Below, one piece after another: positions 29,681 to 39,508 of a stretch of 64,000 nucleotides of DNA. The position numbers and the translations under genes are program-made. The notes below the pieces were generated by a model, which worked only from the letters and a program-made list of their open reading frames with translations, ran no database searches and was not told where the DNA came from. The DNA is from Candidatus Aminicenantes bacterium (lineage in GTDB: Bacteria; Acidobacteriota; Aminicenantia; Aminicenantales; JAFGBC01). Every line of letters starts with the position of its first letter. Positions within the stretch are counted from its first letter, which is position 1. The stretch covers positions 3,072,001 to 3,136,000 of the forward strand of contig OY969696.1 of assembly GCA_963702005.1 (NCBI GenBank). The letters are read 5' to 3'.

Positions 29681-29879
29681 TTGCGAGCGCCTTTTCGGTT
29701 TCGGCGATCTTTTCGCTTTCTGAGAAAACCGACTCATCTTCGCACTCCATATCCAGGCTTCTCGCCAAGGCAATCATTCGGCTAAAAGCCATATCTCTCC
29801 ATACCTCGCATCTAAGCTTTGCTTCGATGGCCACTAACGAACCGTTCATGTCAATCTCCTCTGTTTGAAAGTGAACCAT
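29664..29879 (-). CDS. Hypothetical protein (start possibly 29849)
   Basis: GAGGAG RBS before MNGSL; first gene of the operon. Confidence 0.5.
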   Translation of the reverse strand: MVHFQTEEIDMNGSLVAIEAKLRCEVWRDMAFSRMIALARSLDMECEDESVFSESEKIAETEKALANASTR

Positions 29880-29903
29880 ATGCGGCTTGTCTATTGGTAT
29901 CGG

Positions 29904-29931
29904 AGAAACCTCGGATTTCTGAGAGGTTTCT
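29904..29931. promoter_or_regulatory. Inverted repeat in a divergent promoter region (putative operator)
   Basis: AGAAACCTC-N10-GAGGTTTCT. Confidence 0.5.
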
Positions 29932-29966
29932 GAAAAGGATTTAAAGACTACCGAGAAGTAATAATC

Positions 29967-30617
29967 ATGGCTTATATCGAAGCGAGGAAATACGGAATAA
30001 GCGGAGTCTTTATAGACGGATATATGCCTGTTTTTTCTGAACTAAGAAAGGTCGACTGGGACCGTGCGCTTGAACAGACGTTCTATAAATTTCCTTGGAG
30101 ACGTGACCAATTTAGCAAGATTAGAAAACACCTTGAACCAGGCTCAAGAGATTATGGTCCTTTTGTAAGGTCGGCAATATATGCAAAATTAATCGACAAT
30201 GTCAGGCTAGGCTTCTGTCAATATACAAGCAGGCCAAAATGGCCGTGCGATCACTGGTTCCATCCTTCCAAAGGACTAATGGGCATCAAATATTGTTTTT
30301 CTGCCAATTTGAACATGAATCCAGACGAGGTTGATGCTATATTCCATGCTGATGCGGAAACTGAAAGGGCGAAGGGAAAAGGAGAATATGCCTGCAATCT
30401 AATCGTAATCGACCGACGCCCCGACACTGGCTGTCGGGTTTTTAAGGAATGCAACTATCATTGGATGGAGTCTCTTAAGTTCGAGCCAAAAAGAAAAAAG
30501 GACCATTCCAACTTTAGAAATGTAAAAAAACTAGCTATGCAACTTCTAATTGAATCAATGATAATGATGGATAGCGAATATTTCGAAGATCATCGGTTAC
30601 GTGATTATTTCAGGTAA
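29967..30617 (+). CDS. Hypothetical protein
   Basis: 216-aa ORF. Confidence 0.65.
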   Translation: MAYIEARKYGISGVFIDGYMPVFSELRKVDWDRALEQTFYKFPWRRDQFSKIRKHLEPGSRDYGPFVRSAIYAKLIDNVRLGFCQYTSRPKWPCDHWFHPSKGLMGIKYCFSANLNMNPDEVDAIFHADAETERAKGKGEYACNLIVIDRRPDTGCRVFKECNYHWMESLKFEPKRKKDHSNFRNVKKLAMQLLIESMIMMDSEYFEDHRLRDYFR

Positions 30618-31511
30618 TTCTTCAATTAAACAATACTTCACATTATCGGGCAAAAATAATCTATATCCACTCCATCTTACAGTAACAATGAATTTTTTTA
30701 TTTCGGGACAGTGTTTAATAAGAGCAGACTTACATTGTTGGACATCATTGGTTCTCTCAAATTCCCATCTATTCCATTCCTCTAGATCCGTTTCCGCAGC
30801 ATTGTGCATAGCTTCGTATAATTTCCTATACGACACGTTATTCCCGATATTCTTTATTAGGCACGTCAAAAGTCTTCTTTCCTCAGGAAACATTTTTTGG
30901 GGAGTATTTCTCTTTATTAAATATTCACCATTCTTTTCATCCAGCCAGATAAATAACTTAGATTTGTCGATTTCTTTCTGCTCACTATATTGAATCTCTG
31001 TAAGTGGCTTGCCTTTTTTTTTATCATGAGAATACATCACATACTTTTTCTCTTCTTCCTCTTCAATAACAGGAAATCTTCCAATATTTTTCAAATCCTC
31101 TTTTATCATGGGGACAGCAAGCCTGATGGTCTTCAGAATCAGCCCTTCAGGCAAAGACTTTCCATACTTGGTAATTGTCTCTTCTATATCAGCATCCTGA
31201 ACTTGGCCCTTGAACTCCGCAAGCCTAAGCCACACCAATGATATCAAAGCGATAACTTTCGGCGTTTGAAGCCCCGCTACATCCGCTTCATCTAGGAACT
31301 GCAATTCTTTCGCAAGCTTCGCTTTATATTCTCGCGCTTCCAGCAGCTCTGCCGGGGATTCTCCCCTTTCCGAGATTTCCTTCTTAATTATTTGCCAGAT
31401 GCTACCGAATAGCTCTTTCTCTTCCGGAAGGCACTCCTCTACGACCTTCTTGCTGAGAGAATAAACAGCAGAATTACCTGAGTTCGAGGCGTTCATTTCA
31501 CAGGCTCTCAA
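30597..31511 (-). CDS. Protein with C-terminal OmpR/PhoB-type winged-helix domain
   Basis: ERRLLTCLIKNIGNNVSYRKLYEA...FIVTVRWSGYRL. Confidence 0.7.
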   Translation of the reverse strand: MRACEMNASNSGNSAVYSLSKKVVEECLPEEKELFGSIWQIIKKEISERGESPAELLEAREYKAKLAKELQFLDEADVAGLQTPKVIALISLVWLRLAEFKGQVQDADIEETITKYGKSLPEGLILKTIRLAVPMIKEDLKNIGRFPVIEEEEEKKYVMYSHDKKKGKPLTEIQYSEQKEIDKSKLFIWLDEKNGEYLIKRNTPQKMFPEERRLLTCLIKNIGNNVSYRKLYEAMHNAAETDLEEWNRWEFERTNDVQQCKSALIKHCPEIKKFIVTVRWSGYRLFLPDNVKYCLIEELPEIIT

Positions 31512-33543
31512 TCCTTTTTATTCTCTGCGCCAAAACCGGCTGCGAGTAGCCCAATAATATGTCCCCGAAGAAAAACTCGTCGGTCGCTAAGAGTTTATAA
31601 TAAAACTTGCTGATTTTCATCAACCTTGTTTTGCCATTCCGCCCTTTGAGCGCCTCCTTTCTCAAAGCTTGGTTCAACAAGATTGTTTTAATTAAAGCAT
31701 TCTTCAGCGCTTCTTTATCCTCCGTAGCCCGGACACAAAACCTGTCGGCCTCATATTCCATTGCTACAAAATCGAAAAGCGCAGTGAGAAAATAATTGGG
31801 CAGCAAGGATATGCGAGAAAGAATCTTTGCCAGGAACAGCTTCCTTAGCCCCTGCTTCACGTGGCCAAGCTCGTGAGTAACCAACGCCATTATCTCATTC
31901 GCATCGAGTTTTTCCAATGCCTCGTTGCTGAGGTAGATCTTAGGGGTTTTCGAAAATAGGCCGCATTTTACTGAAGACTCTATCAGGGTCGATTTCATGA
32001 TTCTGATCTTCGCTTTGCCCAAATTGCATTCCCCGGATATTTTATCAATATTGTTTTGAATATTCGCCGGAACTTGCCGCTTTGAATCAAGCCTGAACCT
32101 GCGCCGTTTAAGCCTGACATATGCATTTGCCACTATCTTGGTAACTCTCCTCCCGACCAATAGGATAACCGGCAATGACAGGGCAAGCAAATACGCTTTT
32201 GATAGAATTATGAACAGGCCCTGGTGCTCAATTTTGAGCGCCTCGGCCAATATCATGAAATTCGCCGGAATCCAGGAGAACAGAATTGCCGCTTTTTCCA
32301 AGATCAGGGTCTTGCCAGAAAGTGCGTAGCACATCGCATCGACGCAAATAACCGTCGCTGAATAGGTAACCGGAATCGCTATCAGGTAATCCAGCAAGAC
32401 AACCGATTTATACAGTTTTCCTCCCCGGCTCTGAGTAGCCGATACGACGGGCGCTCTTATGTTGGTAACTTCCTCTTTGCCAATCGTCGCTTTCCAGTCC
32501 TCCGGGATCTTTATTAGCGCTCTATAATTGGAGGACAAGAGCCATAAGGAAAGCGCCATTGCGGCTATGAATATCGATGCTATGAATAAAATTGCATGCC
32601 TGTATATCATCCTGCTGCTCTTCTTCATTTCGTTACTGATCGTCCGCTTAACCATCTCCACGTTGGAATGCTCTATGTTATCCAGACTTCTATCCAGGGC
32701 CGGCTTGAAATATATGGGGTTAATTATTTGTTTCAAAGAATACGACCCTGGCTCTACTGAATTAACATATCTGACGAATATGGCAGAATTCAAAAAATAC
32801 AGGGCAAAAAAAGACAGGATGATGAATAGACTTGCATTGAGCCACTTGAAATTGACTTCTATTACCTTCATCCTCCAAAAGAGGTAAACATCTCTCCGGA
32901 CGATTTTCCGCAGGCAACCATGCAAATAATGAACAATCAGGAAGGCAGTGACAACAATAAATAATGCCTTGAATTGATACATGAATGCCAAGCACAAAAA
33001 CGTCATTATCCCATTAATGAGCAATGACACGTTCAGAGGAAGGAATGAGGCTTCAACCGGGGAAAGCAATTTAACGTCGAATTTATTTCTTAAAAACATT
33101 AGACTTCTATTTTCCGCCAGCTTAAGCCTATTGCTGAATACGGTGATATCTTTCCTAACCATCAGGGCCATAAAGAACAACGCGCCAAAAAACAAAATCA
33201 TATCCGAAAAATATACTATTTTATTAGACAAGGAGTCCTGAAAAAGCCTAAAACACTGCAAAACTAAAAAGATGAAAATGCAAATTTTTATCAACAACCC
33301 ACGCTGTTTATTTCTGCTAGGCAATGCTTCCGAAGATACCAGAGTATCGTTGTTGCTTCGGCTGAACCGGAAAGAAAAATCAATATCGAATTTATCTATT
33401 CCTGCCTGTGCCTTAATCCTTGATTCGGGACACCCATGGTTTATTGCCTTTTTTACGGCATTTTTCGCATTTATCGAAGCTAAGAAGTCTTCAGCCGCCT
33501 GAAGCGTCTCTTCAACGCTTGCCTTAACAAGAAGAATGGCCAT
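31498..33543 (-). CDS. Polytopic membrane M48/M56 (HtpX/BlaR1-like) zinc metalloprotease
   Basis: Many TM helices; ALVTHELGH; EYEADRF. Confidence 0.82.
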   Translation of the reverse strand: MAILLVKASVEETLQAAEDFLASINAKNAVKKAINHGCPESRIKAQAGIDKFDIDFSFRFSRSNNDTLVSSEALPSRNKQRGLLIKICIFIFLVLQCFRLFQDSLSNKIVYFSDMILFFGALFFMALMVRKDITVFSNRLKLAENRSLMFLRNKFDVKLLSPVEASFLPLNVSLLINGIMTFLCLAFMYQFKALFIVVTAFLIVHYLHGCLRKIVRRDVYLFWRMKVIEVNFKWLNASLFIILSFFALYFLNSAIFVRYVNSVEPGSYSLKQIINPIYFKPALDRSLDNIEHSNVEMVKRTISNEMKKSSRMIYRHAILFIASIFIAAMALSLWLLSSNYRALIKIPEDWKATIGKEEVTNIRAPVVSATQSRGGKLYKSVVLLDYLIAIPVTYSATVICVDAMCYALSGKTLILEKAAILFSWIPANFMILAEALKIEHQGLFIILSKAYLLALSLPVILLVGRRVTKIVANAYVRLKRRRFRLDSKRQVPANIQNNIDKISGECNLGKAKIRIMKSTLIESSVKCGLFSKTPKIYLSNEALEKLDANEIMALVTHELGHVKQGLRKLFLAKILSRISLLPNYFLTALFDFVAMEYEADRFCVRATEDKEALKNALIKTILLNQALRKEALKGRNGKTRLMKISKFYYKLLATDEFFFGDILLGYSQPVLAQRIKRIESL

Positions 33544-33743
33544 TATAAATATCCTGGAGCTTTTTCAGCAGCTCTTCCTAAGCCATATGTCGCGAAAGAC
33601 AATTACCCCCTCCTTTCTGTCGGGCAGTTAATTTTTATCTTATCAAAAATATGCTTTGACAAAAAGCTGATTAAATTAAGGGGGTCATCCGCATTCCCTT
33701 TACAGGCTATTGTTTTAGCGATAACATTCTCTTGGGAATCGGG

Positions 33744-34607
33744 ATGATGGAAATCAAGCAGCCGCCCAAAAGGTTCTATCTTGACGACAATCAATTCACC
33801 TTCACGGAGAAGCTCAGGTCCAGGGAGATTTATATCATAGGAGGTTTTTCGGTTGACTTCCAAAAGGAAAGGGAACTTGAGCAGGAAATAACGGCGGTAA
33901 AACAACGATATGGATTCGAGAAAAGGCATCCTGTCAAATGGAACATCAAAGACCTTAAAAAGTATTACGCCGAAAAGAACGAGGAGCAGTTTTTCGACAA
34001 TCTAATGAAGGCATCAGATAAGATCCGCTTTGAGCTGTTGGATATCCTTTCGATGGAACGGTTCAATATCGCGGTTTTCGTCTCCGCTATCGTTCGCCTG
34101 AAGAGGAAGGACAAGCCAGCCATTTCGTATCAGCGCTGCCTTACCAACCTGCTCCAGAGACTGGCTATGAACGTCGGTATTACAGACGATTGCCACGCAG
34201 TTTTCCTGGATTTCTTTAAGGAAGACTCGTCAGAGATTGCAGCCTGCTACTCTGATGGCTTCCATTTTGGAAAGGACCCAGAAGGAAATCCCTACACGGC
34301 AGGCTCCCTGGCGGCTAAGGGCTTCTCCCAGTGCCTGTATTTCGGAAAAACCATTTTCAATCAATTCCTGCAACTGGCAGACCTTGTGACCGGCTGTTCA
34401 AAAGATTTCGTCGAGTGCTGCTTGAGGAAAAAGGATTTTGGCAGGGTATGCAAATTCTTCCCCCTGGTCATGCCGCGGTTATGGAAGGAGCCGGGGACGG
34501 ACAGGCCGTTCAGAAGGGGCCTGGTGATAGCCCCGCCCGAATATTATAAACCTCTGGAAGAAGGCTACGCCCAAGTTCTCAGCGAAATCGAAGAGGTCCC
34601 CTTCTAG
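33744..34607 (+). CDS. DUF3800-like (RNase H fold) protein
   Basis: FYLDD...YIIGG and LQLADLVTG motifs. Confidence 0.65.
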   Translation: MMEIKQPPKRFYLDDNQFTFTEKLRSREIYIIGGFSVDFQKERELEQEITAVKQRYGFEKRHPVKWNIKDLKKYYAEKNEEQFFDNLMKASDKIRFELLDILSMERFNIAVFVSAIVRLKRKDKPAISYQRCLTNLLQRLAMNVGITDDCHAVFLDFFKEDSSEIAACYSDGFHFGKDPEGNPYTAGSLAAKGFSQCLYFGKTIFNQFLQLADLVTGCSKDFVECCLRKKDFGRVCKFFPLVMPRLWKEPGTDRPFRRGLVIAPPEYYKPLEEGYAQVLSEIEEVPF

Positions 34608-34718
34608 AAAACCAGGCTTGTTCTTATCCGCCATATCCGCATCCCCTCCATTGCCACTTAGGGAACGCCTCGGATAAGACAGCTTTTCTTCAAACGCAAA
34701 GGCGCAGGTTGGCCCTAA

Positions 34719-35651
34719 TTATGGCTGACACTCTGCGCATATGGACCTGAAAAGCGTAGTACTCAGATACCGGTCTCCACGGTCAGGCAATATCACGACT
34801 ATTGTGCCATGATGCATGTCCCTTGCCACATGCAGTGCCCCTGCCACCGCTGCGCCACTTGACATGCCAACGAACAGACCTTCCCTCGTGGCAAGCAACC
34901 TCGCCATTTCAAAAGCCTCATCATCATCAACGGTTATCTTCTCGTCCAAGGCCCTGGGATTATAGATTCCGGGAACAGCAGATTCTTCCATGTTTTTCAG
35001 GCCCTGAATCTTATGCCCCTTTTTTGGTTCGACTCCGATAATTTTTACTTGTGGCTTTTTTTCTTTCATGTATCTTCCCACGCCCATGAGCGTTCCCGTC
35101 GTTCCCATGCCAGCAACAAATATGTCAATTTCTCCCTCGGTCTGGGAAAATATCTCCGGTCCCGTTGTTTCATAGTGGGCAAGGACATTGCTCTCGTTCT
35201 CGAATTGATTGGGCATGAAATACTTTTCCGGTTCTTCATTGAGAATTTCGTGGGCTTTCCTGATAGCCCCGTCCGTTCCTTCCCCGCCCGGAGTGAGCAC
35301 GACTTCCGCGCCAAAAGCTTCAAGAATCCGGCGTCTTTCTAAGCTAACGCAATCAGGCATCACAAGCCTGACTCGATATCCCTTAGAAGCTCCTATCATT
35401 GCAAGTGCGATGCCTGTGTTTCCCGATGTGGATTCGAGGATTGTTTTGTCTTTGTTAAGTTCTCCTGATGCTTCTGCTTTTTTCACCATGCAATAAGCAG
35501 GGCGGTCTTTGACCGAGCCTCCGGGATTGCATCCTTCCAGTTTGCCATAAATCTTAGTCTTCGAATTTATGTTTAAATTAACCAATTCGGCGAGTGGCGT
35601 GTTACCGATGGTATCCAATACGCTGTATTTTTGCATTTGCCATTTACTCAT
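34719..35651 (-). CDS. cysM: Cysteine synthase (CysK/CysM family)
   Basis: IGNTPL, NPGGSVKDR (PLP lysine), TSGNTG, GTTGT, PDRGDRYLST. Confidence 0.93.
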   Translation of the reverse strand: MSKWQMQKYSVLDTIGNTPLAELVNLNINSKTKIYGKLEGCNPGGSVKDRPAYCMVKKAEASGELNKDKTILESTSGNTGIALAMIGASKGYRVRLVMPDCVSLERRRILEAFGAEVVLTPGGEGTDGAIRKAHEILNEEPEKYFMPNQFENESNVLAHYETTGPEIFSQTEGEIDIFVAGMGTTGTLMGVGRYMKEKKPQVKIIGVEPKKGHKIQGLKNMEESAVPGIYNPRALDEKITVDDDEAFEMARLLATREGLFVGMSSGAAVAGALHVARDMHHGTIVVILPDRGDRYLSTTLFRSICAECQP

Positions 35652-37042
35652 CTTCTATTTTCTGTAATTTCTCTTATTGCCACGACCGCCTTGTAAGCAT
35701 CTTCCACTGTGTTATAAAACGCGAAGGAAGCCCTGACTGCTCCCGGAATCATTAACGGTCCCTTGGGAAAGCCAACATTCAGCAAACCCGTCCTAATTTC
35801 ATGAGCCAATCTCGGCGCGCCCAAAAGCTGTGAAGTATATATGTGCGCACAGAAGCATCCATCCCTCATGCTTATGCCATGCCTGTCTAATTGCTGCGCA
35901 AACTCTTCGTGATTTCTTCCCATGGCGGCATTGTTAAAGGTCACTACTGCGGTTCTGTTTTCAAACTCCCTGGGACCGTAAATTTTTATGCCCCTTATTT
36001 TCCGCAATTCCCCGACGAAGTATTCTCCGAGTTCCCCATCATGCTTTTCAATTTTATCCATTCCGATTCCTTTCAGATAATCGACTGCGAAGCCCCATTC
36101 TATTGCGCCTTCCAAATCCTGGGTGCCTGGCTCAAACCTCTTATGGCCGCCTGCGTAAGCGGTAAACCATTTCGAGACCAAATCAACCGCACTTCCGCCG
36201 CTAATGTTGTTGCCTACGTACCTTTCGCTTCTTTTATTGACGAAAATCGCTCCGATGCCCATGGGTCCGTACATCTTATGGGAGGAAATTCCTGCAAAAT
36301 CCACGTCTAAATCATCCAAATCAAGCGGCATGTGCCCGGCTGACTGGGCCATGTCGAGATATACGAATCCTCTGTCTCCCAATATTTCTCTGATTTCTTT
36401 CACAGGATTTATTGCCCCGGTGACATTCGAAACGTGGACAAGATTGAGCAATATCTTCCCCTTTCCCCTTTTCGATACAGCTCTTTCAAGACAATCCAGT
36501 CTTAATCTTCCCTCTGGCAGAGAAACGGGGATAAAAAGAATCTCTGCCCCGGCTCTTGCGGCAATATTCCTTGCCGTCAATATCTGCGAATTATGCTCCA
36601 TGTCCGTAAGGATAAGAGTGTCCCCTTTATCAAATGGAAATCTGGCTGCTATAAAATTTGACGTATCGGTTGTTCCTCCAGTAAAACCAATAACGTAGTT
36701 ATCCGCGTTGAAAAATTCCCGTATTTTTTGCCTCGCTTCTTCGTTTCTTCTCTGATATTCAGCCGCTTCCCTGGAATTCTCTGAATGATTGCTTCCTCTT
36801 ATGTGAGTCTTTCTGTATTCGTGCATCCTGTCTTTGACTGATTGGGGCTCCTGGCTTGTTGCCGTATTGTCCAGATAAATCCTGCTCAATGCATCGAACA
36901 AAGGAAAATCTTTCCGTCTGATCTCATGAACATCCGGAAGCAGTCCTGGGAACAAATCAAATTCCGCCCCTTCCGCAAGAATCTTAGGCACGTCTAAGAG
37001 CCCATCTCTCCCCACGTAATTTTCCAATTTTCTTCTCAGCAT
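35648..37042 (-). CDS. SufS-like cysteine desulfurase (class V aminotransferase)
   Basis: YLDNTAT, MEHNS, SNVTG, DMAQ, SSHKMYGP, RDGCFCAH, RASFAFYN. Confidence 0.9.
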   Translation of the reverse strand: MLRRKLENYVGRDGLLDVPKILAEGAEFDLFPGLLPDVHEIRRKDFPLFDALSRIYLDNTATSQEPQSVKDRMHEYRKTHIRGSNHSENSREAAEYQRRNEEARQKIREFFNADNYVIGFTGGTTDTSNFIAARFPFDKGDTLILTDMEHNSQILTARNIAARAGAEILFIPVSLPEGRLRLDCLERAVSKRGKGKILLNLVHVSNVTGAINPVKEIREILGDRGFVYLDMAQSAGHMPLDLDDLDVDFAGISSHKMYGPMGIGAIFVNKRSERYVGNNISGGSAVDLVSKWFTAYAGGHKRFEPGTQDLEGAIEWGFAVDYLKGIGMDKIEKHDGELGEYFVGELRKIRGIKIYGPREFENRTAVVTFNNAAMGRNHEEFAQQLDRHGISMRDGCFCAHIYTSQLLGAPRLAHEIRTGLLNVGFPKGPLMIPGAVRASFAFYNTVEDAYKAVVAIREITENRR

Positions 37043-37193
37043 CTTGTGTCTCGCCTGCTCTGATACCTTTGTATTTTTGGCTTCATTCGCCCGCGCATTT
37101 TTCTATTTAAAAGCTTTCACTCTAACTATGAACTGGTTCAATTGTCGAGTATGCGTATAATAGACAACTGAAACGGCTAAGGATTTCGGGACT

Positions 37194-37817
37194 ATGGCAT
37201 CAAAAGAAGCGCTTCTATCTCGAAGCAGAGAGCCTCAGGTTAAGTATCTGGAAAAAGAAGAGGTCTACCGGCTATTCATGTCTATAACCGGAAAGAATTA
37301 TCGCGACAAGGCCATGTTCGATTTGATATACCGGCATGGACTGCGAAGAATTGAAGCAACCTGGCTTAGGAAAGACTGGGTACACAATGGCCGGATTTGG
37401 ATTCAGCGGGCAAAGAACGGCGTTTCTCAGGAGTACAATCTCCATCCTGCCTCGGAAAAATTGCTGGAATTGTATCTGGCGCAAAGAGGAGAAGACGGCA
37501 ATCCGTACCTCTTCGCTAGCCGGGAAAGCGGAAACGCCCGCCCGATTTCAAGCGGTCTGATTTATTACCTTTTCCAAATATACGCGGCCAGAGCGGGTAT
37601 CGCCCCCGAGAAGCGTTTCGTTCATATTCTTAGGCACTCCATTGCCGTCCATTTATTGAATGCAGGATGGGATCTATGCGACGTCCAGGACCAGCTCGGT
37701 CAAAAGGACATACGAAATACGGCAATCTACGGAAAGGTCTCGAATAAAAGACGAGACATGCAGTTTCAGAAACTGCTCAAATCAAACGAGATCGCCGACA
37801 CTCTGTCGGGGACTTGA
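37194..37817 (+). CDS. Short FimB/FimE-like tyrosine recombinase (catalytic domain only)
   Basis: HGLRRIE, RAKNG, HILRHS, LGQKDIRNTAIY. Confidence 0.88.
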   Translation: MASKEALLSRSREPQVKYLEKEEVYRLFMSITGKNYRDKAMFDLIYRHGLRRIEATWLRKDWVHNGRIWIQRAKNGVSQEYNLHPASEKLLELYLAQRGEDGNPYLFASRESGNARPISSGLIYYLFQIYAARAGIAPEKRFVHILRHSIAVHLLNAGWDLCDVQDQLGQKDIRNTAIYGKVSNKRRDMQFQKLLKSNEIADTLSGT

Positions 37818-38015
37818 AAACTATCGGGGCATTATCGAGTTGACGAATCTACGCAAAAACGTTAACTCAAGTCAAATATATTAAATAATCAACTTTAAGG
37901 GGCTTTTTCCGTTTGACATTTTATCATATTACAATTTATCATCTCTAGCGATGGGACGAGGCAAAATTGGCGCGGGAACGCTCATCTAGGCGGCACAGAA
38001 AAAAAGGAAAATAAT

Positions 38016-38948
38016 ATGGATTTTATAATGCTTTTGGCCACAGTCTTGTTTGTTAGTACTTCGGTATGGTTATGGCGTTTCGCTATGGCCCAGATGATTA
38101 TGCTATCACTGGATACATCGCTCGCTCCTAATCAGAATATTGCTGCATCACAAATGCCCAACCTAGGGTGGTATAGATCTATACTAAATGTCATTAAGAA
38201 ACTGTATCGCAATAAAGTTTATTTATTATTGAAAACATTTCCGTTCATAATATTTATTGGAGGCAATATTTATTTTTTAATATTCAAAGGCCACCTTTGG
38301 ATGTCAAGTTCTAACTCGATTTTGTCATTATTAGCATTTTCAATACTCGCTTTTGTTCCTAACCCTTTTAAAGATCGAAAACAAGATCGCAAGATTGCAG
38401 ATTTAGAACTAAAGACATTTAAGAAATATAAAGAAGAAGAAACTGTGCGATATGTTGGCCAGGCTATGTTGCCCAAAAAGGTTTATGAAGAGGATTCACA
38501 TAATATAACTGTCAATCTAAAGCCTTCGTTCAATATGCCTTCGAAAGATCATAATAAATTTTGCGTTCGAGATAACAAGAGTGGCAAATCATTTGTTATA
38601 CAAATTGTTAAAAATAGCAGGTTGAAGCAATTTATTGAGATTGAGCTTTTAGCTGCTGGATTTGAAATTGATGGAGAAAAGAAGCAGCAACAATCTTTTA
38701 GTATGAAGACATTGTCCTACTGTTGGAACTGCTATTTCCCAAACTCAGGCAATCACACGCTCAGTTTAATTATAAGACTGTTAAGCCCATCTAAAGCCAT
38801 TGAAGTTGGAGCCATACAACATAGCATAAAGGTTGCTAAACTGGACAACCTAACAAAACGTCAGGTTTGGTTAATCGCATCGCTAGCTGGTTTAGTATCG
38901 GGTGGGCTAACAATTGCTGAAGTATTCCGTCGGCTGGGCTTATGGTAA
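38016..38948 (+). CDS. AT-rich hypothetical membrane protein
   Basis: 310 aa with N- and C-terminal TM segments. Confidence 0.7.
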   Translation: MDFIMLLATVLFVSTSVWLWRFAMAQMIMLSLDTSLAPNQNIAASQMPNLGWYRSILNVIKKLYRNKVYLLLKTFPFIIFIGGNIYFLIFKGHLWMSSSNSILSLLAFSILAFVPNPFKDRKQDRKIADLELKTFKKYKEEETVRYVGQAMLPKKVYEEDSHNITVNLKPSFNMPSKDHNKFCVRDNKSGKSFVIQIVKNSRLKQFIEIELLAAGFEIDGEKKQQQSFSMKTLSYCWNCYFPNSGNHTLSLIIRLLSPSKAIEVGAIQHSIKVAKLDNLTKRQVWLIASLAGLVSGGLTIAEVFRRLGLW

Positions 38949-39189
38949 AAAGCAAATTGAGCTTTCCCCCGTTGATTGGACAATAAAGAGGAGGTTTGAA
39001 GGTGCATTCTCGGCCCGCCCGTCTTGATTATTCTGGCCATTCTGATGCCCAAAAGCAATTTTTCGCGGCAGCCTAGAAAAATCGGCTTCACCACTTGACC
39101 CAGGAACGACGATCTCGACCAGGTCCATATCAAACCCTTGGCTACAAATCGGCCTTTTGCTTTTCTGGGAGGCCAAAATCAACCGCATG

Positions 39190-39508
39190 TGGATAGAATC
39201 ATCGCTCACCTCAAGCTGACGTTCTTCGCCGAAAAACCTCCTCCGCCCCGGGTCGCTTATCAAGAAATTTGAGTGGCCACCGAAGCCGGCAGTGAATATT
39301 TTTCATGGTCCTCTCCTTGCCCAGCGGTGAGGTCCGGGTAATTTGCGGCACTTTATGCGCCTCGGATGGCTTTGCGGACATACCTCGTGCCCCCAAGCCG
39401 TTCTTGACATCCTTTTTTGTTATGATTTTTACTTGCTCACCATGGTTATATAAGAAAATGGGAGCGAAAATGCGCCCTCGGCCAGTGCCGCCGAAAACCA
39501 ATTTCTTA
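39190..39508 (+). mobile_element. Probable IS91-like remnant (transposase C-terminus and end)
   Basis: Reads DRIIAHLKLTFFAEKPPPPRVAYQE, resembling IS91-type C-termini (recalled, not searched). Confidence 0.4.

Noticed and set aside
34719-37042. Dnd/Ssp phosphorothioation system
   Set aside because: No DndC/SspD (PAPS reductase-like), DndD or DndE genes recognised in the window.
37149-37180. dif/Xer-like site (TATGCGTATAA)
   Set aside because: Only one half-site resembles the consensus, and TATAAT may simply be the -10 box of the recombinase gene.
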